A stretch of 63,951 bases of DNA, counting the filler, from Licmophora abbreviata (Eukaryota), in the NCBI GenBank assembly GCA_900291995.1. It is 15 parts of 15 records of this genome, joined end to end, with 100 filler letters (N's around TTAATTAATTAA, not from the genome) between each part and the next. Parts side by side here need not be neighbours in the genome. Positions count along the whole stretch, not along the records: positions 54,003 to 55,448 come from OLMU01002159.1; positions 55,549 to 57,980 come from OLMU01002160.1; positions 58,081 to 59,916 come from OLMU01002161.1; positions 60,017 to 61,684 come from OLMU01002162.1; positions 61,785 to 62,843 come from OLMU01002163.1; positions 62,944 to 63,951 come from OLMU01002174.1; 9 more parts are not named here. One strand, written 5' to 3'. The position numbers and the translations under genes are program-made. Every line of letters begins with the position of its first letter. Positions within the stretch are counted from its first letter, which is position 1. The notes beneath the pieces were generated by a model. The model searched no databases. It was not told the origin of the DNA and saw only the letters and a list, made by a program, of their open reading frames with translations. Of this stretch, positions 54,398-63,951 are shown one piece after another.

Positions 54398-55096
54398 TTA
54401 GGCGGAAAGATAGCCGCCATCAACGGGCAGGATTGCGCCATTAACGTAGCTTGCATCCTCTGAGAGCAGGAATGCCACAACCTTCGCGATCTCATCCGTT
54501 TGCGCCCAGCGGCCCATTGGGATTCGGGCATCGATGCGGGCCTTGCGCGCCGGATCAGAGCGAGCGCCCTCGGAAATGCGCGTCTCCACCCAACCGGGCG
54601 CGATGGCGTTGACGCGCACGCCCCGCACGCCCCATGACACGGCAAGAGAGCGGGTCAGCGCAGCGACAGCGCCCTTGCTGGTGCCGTATGCCGGCGAGAC
54701 GGGATTGCCGAACCAGCTCCACATAGACGCGATGTTGACCATCGACCCGCCTACGGCCTCAAGGGCTGGCAGGGCAGCGTTGGCAGCATTGAGAACTCCC
54801 GTCACATTGACGGACATCACCTGCTCGAACCCCTCCGGTTCCCACTCACGGTCGAATTTGATGATACCGGCGCAGGTTACAAGGCCCGCCAGCTGGTCCA
54901 TGCCGTCAAAGGCGCGTGCCAGATCCTCGGGGCGGATCACATCGCATTCGGCAAACCGGGCCGCATCGGGAAAGCCATCGTCCTTTTCCAGCCCCAGCGC
55001 GGTCACTTGCCAGCCCCGCTCTGCCAAAAGCCGCGTCGTGGCAAGGCCGATCCCCGTACCGCCGCCTGTCACAGCGACGTTTTGCATGCGATCCAT
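54398..55096 (-). CDS. Short-chain dehydrogenase/reductase
   Basis: VTGGGTGIG, CAG, NIASM, YGTSK, RVNAIAPG and VDGG. Confidence 0.93.
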   Translation of the reverse strand: MDRMQNVAVTGGGTGIGLATTRLLAERGWQVTALGLEKDDGFPDAARFAECDVIRPEDLARAFDGMDQLAGLVTCAGIIKFDREWEPEGFEQVMSVNVTGVLNAANAALPALEAVGGSMVNIASMWSWFGNPVSPAYGTSKGAVAALTRSLAVSWGVRGVRVNAIAPGWVETRISEGARSDPARKARIDARIPMGRWAQTDEIAKVVAFLLSEDASYVNGAILPVDGGYLSA

Positions 55097-55099
55097 AGA

Positions 55100-56231
55100 T
55101 TAGCCTTTCATATCAAGGGCGCGCATCGCGGCCACCAGATCGTCAACCGTCACCGGCCTGTGGTAATTGCCGGCATAGGGCGCCGTCAGCGTGATCTCGG
55201 CCATGCGCTGAAAGTCTTGCTGCTCTGTCACGCCGAACGGTGCGAACGTGACGGGCAGACCGATGCGATCAAAGAATTCGGCAAGCGCTGCGATCTCTTC
55301 GGCACTGCCCTGTCCTGCGGACAGCTGCGTCAGCGTGCCGAGGGCCACCATTTCGCCATGCAGTAGGCCCGACAGCTGCGGCATGGCCGAAAATCCACGC
55401 ACCAGCGAATGGGCGAGGGATAGCCCCCCGCTTTCGAAGGCAAGCCCGNNNNNNNNNNNNNNNNNNNNNNNNNNNNNNNNNNNNNNNNNNNNTTAATTAA
55501 TTAANNNNNNNNNNNNNNNNNNNNNNNNNNNNNNNNNNNNNNNNNNNNCCACCCGCTCAAAATCCCTCGTCCGGCGCAGTGCAGCGCATCGCAGTGTCGC
55601 CATCCTCCAGCAGAATATCGCGCGCCCGTCCGACGATGGCGCGGGTCAGCTCGGTCGGTCGGCCGCCAAAGAAATTGAGGCCGCCGCACGCCAGCGCACC
55701 CGCCAGCTCGTAGGGTTTGGACATCGCATCGCCGATCCCCGCAGCCAGAAAGCGGCGCGGCGCGCCGGCGATGATGGCGGTGTCGACCAGCACAAAGACC
55801 GGGTTCACGCGCATCCGGCGCACCTCGGCGACGGCGTGATCCTCGGTGTATATGACCGCGATGTGGCTGGTGGGGCTGTCATTCGACGCGATGGTGGGCA
55901 CGATTCCCACGGGCAGGCCCGCCTCGATGGCCGCGCCCTTGGCGGTGTCGATGGCCTTGCCGCCGCCGATGCCGACGACCAGCCGCGCATCATCTAGCTC
56001 GGCGGCGCGGGTGGTGATTTCGGCGGCTGTGCATTCACCGCCAAATTGCAGCAGGCGCGCACCCGGCAGATTGCGTCCCAGCGCATCGCCCAGAATGCCC
56101 TGCGCCACCGGATCGATCACGATGGCGACGGGGCCGCCCCCGGCGATCTCGATCTCCTCGGCCAGCCGCGCGATTGCGCCGGGTCCTTGGACGTAGCGCT
56201 GCGGCGCGCCCAGAATACGCATCCCGCTCAT
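55100..56231 (-). CDS. Glycerol dehydrogenase-like (GldA family) protein, split by the linker at 55449-55548
   Basis: PQRYVQGPG, FGGECT, GIGGGKAIDTAK, PTIASNDSPTS and AGIGDA. After the gap: GLAFESGGLSLAHS and LHGEMVA. Confidence 0.85.
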
Positions 56232-57070
56232 CCCTTGACCGCCCCTGCCGTCAGCCCCTGCACGAAGTAGCGCGAGAGCATGATGAACGCGGCGAAGAGG
56301 GGCAGCGCGATCAGGGTGGAGCCGGCCATGATATCGCCCCAGCGCAGATCGAACGCGCCGATCATCGAGGCAAGGCCCAGTGGCACCGTCTTGTTGGCGT
56401 CCGATCCGATCATGACCAGCGCGAAGGTGTAATCCGTCCACGACAGCAGGAAGGCGAAGATTGCCACTGTCACCAGCCCCGGCACCGACAGCGGCAGCAC
56501 CACGCGCAGGAAAGCGCCCAGACGGGTGCAGCCATCAACCATGGCGGCCTCCTCCAACTCGAAAGGCATGGTCTTGAAGAACCCCCAAAGGAACCAGACG
56601 CCCAGCGGCATGGTGATCGTCAGATGCGAGATGACCAGCGACAAGAGCGTGTCGTTGATACCGATATACGCAAACATCGAATAAAGGGGGATCGCCAGCA
56701 AGAGGGGCGGGAACATGTAGGCATAAAGCATGCCCGCGATGATCATCTGCTTGCCCCTGATGCGCTGGCGCGTGACGCCGTAGGCGATCATGATCGACAG
56801 CACCATGGTCAGCGCCACGGTGGCCAACGCGACGATCAGGCTGTTCATGAACTGGCGGGGATAATCTGTCTGCGCCAGCAGGCTGTAGTAGTATTCAAAC
56901 GTGAAGCTGCGCGGCACCAGCGTGGGGTTCATCAAGAGCTCATTGGTGGGCCGCATTGACGATGTGACCATCCAGTAGATCGGGAACGCGCTGTAGACCG
57001 CCAGAATGATCGCGGCGGCATAAATCGCAACCTGCGCGGGGATCGAGCGGGATGTGAGGGCCGTGCTCAT
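56228..57070 (-). CDS. Carbohydrate ABC transporter permease (MalG-like)
   Basis: ELEEAAMVDGCT and FLLSWTDY. Confidence 0.93.
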   Translation of the reverse strand: MSTALTSRSIPAQVAIYAAAIILAVYSAFPIYWMVTSSMRPTNELLMNPTLVPRSFTFEYYYSLLAQTDYPRQFMNSLIVALATVALTMVLSIMIAYGVTRQRIRGKQMIIAGMLYAYMFPPLLLAIPLYSMFAYIGINDTLLSLVISHLTITMPLGVWFLWGFFKTMPFELEEAAMVDGCTRLGAFLRVVLPLSVPGLVTVAIFAFLLSWTDYTFALVMIGSDANKTVPLGLASMIGAFDLRWGDIMAGSTLIALPLFAAFIMLSRYFVQGLTAGAVKG

Positions 57071-57927
57071 TTTCCTGTCTCCATCGGGAAGAAGCGGAAA
57101 TAAAGGGTGACGGCCACCATCAGCACGAGGAACGACAGCGTCGCCACTGCCGCGCCGCTGCCGATATCATAGAGGGCAAATGCCTGCCGGTAGGACAGCA
57201 CCGGCAAATGCTCGGTCGCGCCTAGGGGGCCGCCGCCAGTCGTCAGATAGATGACGTCGAATTTGTTGAACATCCACACGCCGCGAAGCAGGATGATGAC
57301 TGTCAGGATGGGCCGCAAGGATGGCAGCGTGATATGCCAGAACTGCCGGATCGGGCCGGCGCCATCGATGCGCGCGGCCTCGTATAGCTGCATGGGGACC
57401 GTTTGCAGACCCGCCAGAAATGTGGTGGTCACGAACGGCGTCCACAGCCAGACCGAGATCAGGATGACCGAGAACATCGCCATGCTCTCCGTCTCGAACC
57501 AGTAGATCGGGGGCAGGCCCAGTTCGTTCATCAGGATGCTGATAATGCCCAGTGATCCGTCGACCATCCACTTGAACGTCAGCACCGCGATGACCGTGGG
57601 CAACAGATAGGGCAGAAAGGCCAGACCGCGCAGGATGCCGCGGCCACGAAATTTCTGATTGAGCAAAAGGGCAAAGCCGATGCCCAGCACGACCTGCAGG
57701 ATGATCGACAGCCCCGCATAGACCACGCCATTCCACAACGCATTCCAGAACTCGCCGCTGACCAGCAGCTCGCCATATTTGGCGAACCCTACCCAGACCG
57801 GATCCGAGGTGAGCGAGGGCAGATCGTAGAAGCTGAGCGAGACGGCGTAGAGCGCCGGGCCGACGATCAGCACCATGGTGGCGATCACGCCGACGGCCAG
57901 AAAGCCGGGTAGCAGCCAGCGGGACAT
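57067..57927 (-). CDS. Carbohydrate ABC transporter permease (MalF-like)
   Basis: LAGLQTVP..LYEAARIDGA and FD.IYLTTGGGP. Confidence 0.93.
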   Translation of the reverse strand: MSRWLLPGFLAVGVIATMVLIVGPALYAVSLSFYDLPSLTSDPVWVGFAKYGELLVSGEFWNALWNGVVYAGLSIILQVVLGIGFALLLNQKFRGRGILRGLAFLPYLLPTVIAVLTFKWMVDGSLGIISILMNELGLPPIYWFETESMAMFSVILISVWLWTPFVTTTFLAGLQTVPMQLYEAARIDGAGPIRQFWHITLPSLRPILTVIILLRGVWMFNKFDVIYLTTGGGPLGATEHLPVLSYRQAFALYDIGSGAAVATLSFLVLMVAVTLYFRFFPMETGK

Positions 57928-58080
57928 TCCGGATTACTCCTGCAAAAGAGGTGCGGGCAAGTGAAGTGTGGGGGCGCGTCNNNNNNNNNNNNNNNNNNNN
58001 NNNNNNNNNNNNNNNNNNNNNNNNTTAATTAATTAANNNNNNNNNNNNNNNNNNNNNNNNNNNNNNNNNNNNNNNNNNNN

Positions 58081-59061
58081 CATCGCCGGGCCGGTATTGT
58101 CGGTGTCCAGCACGACCCAGCCGTCGTAGCCGTGGTTCACGGCGGTTTGACTGCCGTCGCTGTCCATATAGGGCATGACGGCCAGATTGGCGGCCAGATC
58201 GGGATTATCGCGATCCGCAGCCTCCAGCACGCGGCCCGCATAGGCGCCGTGCGCGACGGTGCCGGCCACCAGATTGGACACCACATCGGCATAGCTGGCC
58301 TGAAGCGCGCCCGGCGGCATCGTGGGATAGAGACGCGCCATCATGTCAAGATAGGCGGCGGCCTTAGGCTTCATCTCGTCGTTGTCGATGATGACGTTCC
58401 AGTTGTCGTCGAAAAGCTCGACGCCCTCGGCCCACATGAAGCCCATGGACATCCAGTTGGTCGCACCATTCGATCCGATCGGGAAGAGCCCGCCCTTGCG
58501 GCGGCCATCCACGCAGGCTTCGGAATTTCTGACGAAAGCGTCCCAAGTCGTGGGCGTCGACAGGCCCAATTCGTCATAGAGATCCTGCCGATAGTAGATC
58601 AGAGCGAGGTTGTAATCGAACGGATACCAGTAAACATCGCCATCGATGGGGAAGAGGATGTTGTTGCCCCATTCGTGCTGGTCCGTCAGCTCGTTCAGGG
58701 GAACGATATGCCCCTCTTCGGCCAGAAGCAGCACGTGCCCGATAAAGCCAACATTGGCCACGTCATAGGGCGTGCCCGAGCGGATGCCGTTGGTGATCTT
58801 GGTAAAGCTCTCGCCCAAGGGGACGGAATCCACCACCACCTCGATACCCGTCTGCTCTTGGTATTCGTTGGCGGCCTTGTCCCAGAAGGCCAACGTGTCC
58901 TTGCCCGTCTCGCAGTTCAGGAAACGGATGGGGCGGCCTGATTGCGCGCGCACGGCGGGCGCGGCCAGCCCCGCTGCGGCCAGACCAAGGCCCGTGGTAC
59001 CGATGCCTTGCAACGTTTGCCTGCGGGTCAGCAGGCCTGTTTTCTTAGGTAGCTTGATCAT
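58081..59061 (-). CDS. Carbohydrate ABC substrate-binding protein with a Tat signal, 3'-partial
   Basis: LTRRQTL...APAVRAQ, IYYRQDL and PTTWD. GGAGG RBS. Confidence 0.88.
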
Positions 59062-59113
59062 GGTCTTCCTCCCAGATTGCGCAGGATGCGCGACAGTTAC
59101 GACTTCCGCGATC

Positions 59114-60305
59114 TCAGCCCTCCCCGGCTGCACCGCGCCTTTCGCCGCTTTCGCGGTCGAATAGGTGAATTGCTGCAGGATCGACGCCCAGTTCGATTGT
59201 ATCCCCAAGCGCGATATCGTCGCGCCGCGCGGTCATCGCCCGAATACGGTGATCGCCCATCATTCCGACAAACAGCGTCTGCGAGCCCAGCTGCTCGATC
59301 CCTTGCACCTCGAAGGGCACGCCGTCCGTTTCTTGTCTCAGCGCCTCGGGGCGAATGCCCGCAGTGACGGCGCCGCTGGCCGTGCCGGCGGGCACGTTAA
59401 ACACGATATCACCCCCGAGGCTGAGGCGGCCATCCGCAACAGCGCCTTCCATGATGTTCATCTCCGGCGAGCCGATGAAGCCGGCGACAAACGCATTGGC
59501 AGGCCGGTCATACACCTCCAAGGGTGAGCCGATCTGCTGCACGATCCCGTCCCGCATGATCACGATGCGGCTGGCCAATGTCATCGCCTCGGTCTGATCA
59601 TGGGTGACGTATAGCATCGCCTTGCCGATCCGGCGTTGCAGCATTGCGATTTCCTCGCGCATGCGCGCGCGCAGTTTGGCATCGAGGTTCGACAGTGGCT
59701 CATCCAGCAGGAAGATGGCCGGATCGCGCACCAGCGCACGGCCCAGCGCTACGCGCTGCATCTGGCCGCCCGACAGCTGGCCGGGCTTGCGATCCAGCAG
59801 ATGCACTATGTCCAGCATCTCGGCTGCGTCCCGCACATGCTGCGCGGCCTCATCTTTGGGCATACCGCGCATCTTGAGGCCGAAGGCCATGTTGGCACGG
59901 ATCGTCTTGTGCGGATNNNNNNNNNNNNNNNNNNNNNNNNNNNNNNNNNNNNNNNNNNNNTTAATTAATTAANNNNNNNNNNNNNNNNNNNNNNNNNNNN
60001 NNNNNNNNNNNNNNNNCCATGTTGGCACGGATCGTCTTGTGCGGATAGAGCGCATAATTCTGAAACACCATCGCGATGTCGCGGTCCTTTGGTTCCAGCC
60101 GGGTCACATCGCGGTCCCCGATATGCAGCGTGCCGGACGTGATCGCCTCCAGCCCCGCCACCATCCGCAGCGTTGTGGACTTGCCGCAGCCCGAGGGGCC
60201 GAGCAGCACGATCAGCTCGCCCTCGGCGATCTCAAGATCGACCCCTTCGACGGCAACGATCTTGCCATAGGTCTTGCGCAGTTTTTGCAGGCTGACAGTG
60301 CTCAT
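59114..60305 (-). CDS. Sugar ABC ATP-binding protein (MalK/UgpC-like), split by a linker with a 30-bp overlap
   Basis: [41 protein letters not shown] and FVAGFIGSP. Confidence 0.93.
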
Positions 60306-61908
60306 GCGGCATCCTCCCGCGCGGCGGCGACGATGGCGTGATTCACCGTCGTCAGCGCCTCTTTGGTGGCGCGGAAGTGGGCAAACGCCTTGTCATAGAT
60401 GGCCTTTGCCGCAGGATCAGGCCGCAGAGTCTCTCGCACGCCGATCAGCCGCGCCGCATCATCCGTGCCGCTGAAAATGCCCGCACCTATCCCCGCAATC
60501 AGGGCTGCGCCAAAGGATGCGTCGCCCTGCTCGGGCACTTCGATGGTAAGGCCGGTGACATCGGCGATGATCTGCCGCCAGAGCGCGCTTTTCGTGCCGC
60601 CACCCACAAGTCGCGCGGTGTCGAACCCCATGCCGCGCGCGTGCAGCACCTCAAGACAATCGCGCAAGGTGAACGCGATCCCCTCATAAACGGCCCGGCA
60701 GATATGCGGGGCACCGTGAACAAAACCGAGCCCGACGAAGGAGGCCCGCAAATCGGGATCCCAGTAAGGGCTGCGCTCGCCGTTCAGATAGGGGTGAAAC
60801 AAGAGGCCGTTGCATCCGGCAGGCGCCTCGGCCGCCTTGGCGTCCATCCCGTCGAAGCCCAGATCGGCAAACATGGTGTCGCGCAACCAGCGATGCGCGG
60901 ACGCGCAGGAATTGGTGCCGAGGATCGCATAGCAATGATCCGCCACAAGATGCGGATAGTGGATCACATCCTCGGAAAAGACTGGATTGGCCGCAAGGGT
61001 CGAAACCGTTCCCGCCGTCGCCAGCTTGAGCGCGCCGATACCGGGGCGCGTCATACCGGCCGAGAACGTCTCGGCATTGGTGTCGGAGGTGCCGCAAATG
61101 ACGGATGTCCCCTCGCGCAAGCCGGTGGCAGCGGCGGCAGCGCTGGTCACAGTGCCCGTCACATCGGTCGAGTCTACGATCGGTGGCAACATGTCCACCG
61201 ACAGGCCCGCCATGCCGCAGAGCGTGTCTGACCACCCTCCCCGCGCGGCATCGGCCAGCATCAGGCCCCAGGCATCGGTGTTGTCGGTGACATCACTTCC
61301 GTCAAGCTGGCGTCTGAGCCAGTCCTTGGCCGGGCGCAGCCGGTGTATCTGGGCGTGGATCTTTGGCTCATGCTCGCGCACCCACATCATCTGTGGCAAG
61401 GTCCAAGTGGCGCTGATCCGATTGCCCGAAAGCTCGAGGATCCGCGCGCCGTCACTTTCCTGTGCGCGCGTCACCTGCGCGCCTGATCGCTGGTCGTTCC
61501 ACATGATCGCGGGGCGCAGGACATCTCCCGCAGCGTTCTCCAGCACCTGCGTATGAGCGCCTGCCGTGAACGAGATTGCCTTGATCCCCGCGGGATCGAC
61601 GCCCCCGGCCCAAAGCTGGCGCAGGGTGGTCACCACAGCATCCCACCAGATTGCCGGATCCTGCTCACTATGGCCGGCATGAGGNNNNNNNNNNNNNNNN
61701 NNNNNNNNNNNNNNNNNNNNNNNNNNNNTTAATTAATTAANNNNNNNNNNNNNNNNNNNNNNNNNNNNNNNNNNNNNNNNNNNNCATGAGGAACCGACGT
61801 ATCAATGTTCTGCGATGCTGCCGCAATCACGCGGCCATCCGCCGCGATCACCGTCGACTTCAGCGATCCGGCGCCCAGATCTATGCCAAGCAGCAAATCC
61901 TCAGACAT
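60302..61908 (-). CDS. FGGY-family carbohydrate kinase (xylulokinase-like), split by a linker
   Basis: [38 protein letters not shown] and GGG.KS.LWRQI.AD. Confidence 0.9.
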
Positions 61909-62843
61909 CGCCGGACCGATCGCGATACGGGTCAATCGCGCCGTAGCGCGGGGCAAAGCCCAGCTTGCCAGGGTTGAAGATGTTTTGCGGATCAATCGCA
62001 GACTTTACTTTGCGCAGCAGGTCCATGCCAACGCCATGTTCTCCGTCCATCCAGCCGCCACGGAAGAGGCCACTGCCGTGGTGATGCGCAATGGATCCAC
62101 CATGCGCCAGCGTCTCGCCCTCGGCGATCTCCCACAGACGTGCATGAAGCGGCAGCGCCTCGTCCTGATCCATCGGCGGCAGGCGCAGCGTCATGTATTG
62201 GCACACGCCCTCGGGATAGACATGGCTCCAATGGGCCGAGAAATGCGCATCGGGATGGACGCTCTTAACCTGTTCGGCAATCGCATTATAAAGCGCGTTG
62301 ACATGTGACCAGTTCACGGTCACCTCGACTGTATCGTTGAAATAGCCCTTGTCCTGCCATTGCTTGGTGATCGACACATAGCGCTTGGCGCGCCAGTCAT
62401 CGAAGGGGCGCGTCTCGGTCTCGACCGCATCCAACTGCTTGGCAAAGCCGCGCACGATACCGGCCTCGGCCGCGACGATTGCGGGCGCGCCGCAAACCAC
62501 GATGTTGGCCATGACCGGCCGAGCGCCGAAGGCCTCGATGCCCTGGGTGCGGCCCAATGTTTCCTTTTCGTCGTAAAGGCGCACAAGGCGGGGATGCATA
62601 CCTTCCTGCATGATGTGCCGTGCCAGATCCAGCGCAGCGGCGCGATCTGGCAACGCAAAGACCATCGCCTCCTCCGCCTCGGGCAACTTCCAGATCCTGA
62701 GGGTCAGCTCGGTGATGATGGCCATCGTGCCCTCATTGCCGACGATCAGATCCAGGATCGACGGACCCGTCGCGCGTTTGGGCAGGGGACGGATTTCCAT
62801 CATCTGCCCATCGGGCAGCACGGCCTTCAGCCCGACGACGATG
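61901..62843 (-). CDS. FAD-linked oxidase of the VAO/alkyl-DHAP-synthase (YgcU-like) type, 5'-partial
   Basis: P.RATGP, GNEGTMAIITE, DTVEV, HWSHVYPEG, GGSIAHHHGSG and DPQNIFNPGK. Confidence 0.85.
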
Positions 62844-62943
62844 NNNNNNNNNNNNNNNNNNNNNNNNNNNNNNNNNNNNNNNNNNNNTTAATTAATTAAN
62901 NNNNNNNNNNNNNNNNNNNNNNNNNNNNNNNNNNNNNNNNNNN

Positions 62944-63652
62944 AATAGATCTTGCAGCCCCGGCTGAGGTCCTTGATGTCGCAATTGCCGCCATGTTCGC
63001 GCGGCGGCACGGTGCGGGCAGCTTCGGCCGCGGCCTTGTCGCGCGCCTCGCCCTTCATGGCCCCCATATGTGCGGCCTGGGTGTTGGGCAGGGCGGCCAG
63101 CGGCGGGACGCGCTCGGGATCGGTGTTGAACAGCTTGGTTTCACGGCTGTTCCACATGTCCAGCATCTTGCGATCGGGAAGACAGCCGATCAGGCCGGGA
63201 TGGATGAGGCCCGCGTATTTCACGCCCGGCACATGGCGCGACTTGGTGAACATGCCGTCGAAATCCCAGATGGATTTCTGTGCTTCGGGGAAATGCTCGG
63301 TCAGGAAGCCGCCACCGTTCTTTTTCGAGAAAAAGCCGTTGAACCCCCAGAGCATCTCTTCCTTGGCGCCGATATCAAGAATGTCGACCACCAGCAGATC
63401 GCCCGGCTCGGCCCCTTTGACGCCGATCGGGCCGGAGAGGTAATGCACCTGCTCCAGTTCTACGTCGCGCACGTCCGAGGCGTCGTCGTTGTTCTTGATC
63501 TGACCGCCTGTCCAGTCATAGGTCTCGATCTTGAAATCGTCTCCGGGTTCGACCCAGACATTTATCGGAATGTCCGGATGCCAGCGATTATGCACATTTT
63601 CATTGGTGTGCGGATCTTCTGACAGATTGACTGAGATCAGAGTGTTGGACAT
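62944..63652 (-). CDS. fmdA: Formamidase, 3'-partial
   Basis: HNRWHPDIP, DWTGGQI, VHYLSGP, GAEPGDLL, IHPGLIGC and PPREHGGNCDIK. Confidence 0.93.
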
Positions 63653-63678
63653 GGGTATCTCCCTGTATTGCTTGGGTT

Positions 63679-63951
63679 TTAGACAGATAGGAATTTCGAG
63701 ACCTTGGCCTCGTCGATGCCCGCGCGGGGGCTGTCATGGACGAAGGTGCCGTTTTCGATCACCATCACGCGGTCGGCCACGTCCAATGCGAAGCTGAGCA
63801 CCTGTTCCGAGACAACGATCGAGAGGCCCTTCCTGTCGCGGATCTGGCGCAGGGTTCGGGCCATTTCGCGGATGATCGATGGCTGGATGCCCTCGGTCGG
63901 CTCGTCCAGCAGCAAGACCTTGGGGTTGGAGGCCAATGCCCGCGCGATGGC
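63679..63951 (-). CDS. urtE: Urea/short-chain amide ABC ATP-binding subunit (UrtE-like), 5'-partial
   Basis: IARALASNPKVLLLDEPTEGIQPSII, adjacent to fmdA. Confidence 0.8.
   Translation of the reverse strand, partial: AIARALASNPKVLLLDEPTEGIQPSIIREMARTLRQIRDRKGLSIVVSEQVLSFALDVADRVMVIENGTFVHDSPRAGIDEAKVSKFLSV

Overview
The window is a concatenation of 15 contigs joined by 14 identical 100-bp linkers (44 N + TTAATTAATTAA + 44 N), and it comes from two organisms. Bases 1-29831 are a compact eukaryotic nuclear genome, most likely a diatom, judged from short GT-AG introns of 79-130 bp and bipartite plastid-targeting presequences. Genes there include a Crinkler-like REase-kinase protein, a PsbQ-like lumen protein, a GT90 glycosyltransferase, gamma-glutamyl hydrolase, citramalate synthase, a GST-like gene with an in-frame TAG, a DUF6816-like protein, an ankyrin-BTB protein, a signal-peptide-bearing proteasome beta subunit, an RRM protein, a TPP1/Est3-like OB-fold protein and a coiled-coil cyclophilin-like protein. 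It also carries a three-exon, 2409-aa SPRY-UIM-GAT-ARM-LRR-CHAT protease-STAND NTPase protein that looks like an all-in-one innate immune/cell-death sensor. Bases 29932-63951 are GC-richer bacterial DNA resembling Rhodobacterales. They hold a phage tail-fibre fragment, then an IS-scarred nitrogen-scavenging region. That region contains an amino-acid ABC transporter with two amidohydrolases, an opine/imino-acid dehydrogenase-like pair, a DHDPS-like lyase, ureidoglycine aminohydrolase and hydantoinase, followed by a TetR-associated GS-like gamma-glutamylase/hydrolase/APC permease/glutaminase module. Further on are a polyol ABC-FGGY kinase-alkyl-DHAP-synthase-like operon and urtE-fmdA. No rRNA, tRNA or CRISPR array was seen. 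All family calls come from motif recognition by eye, not from database searches.
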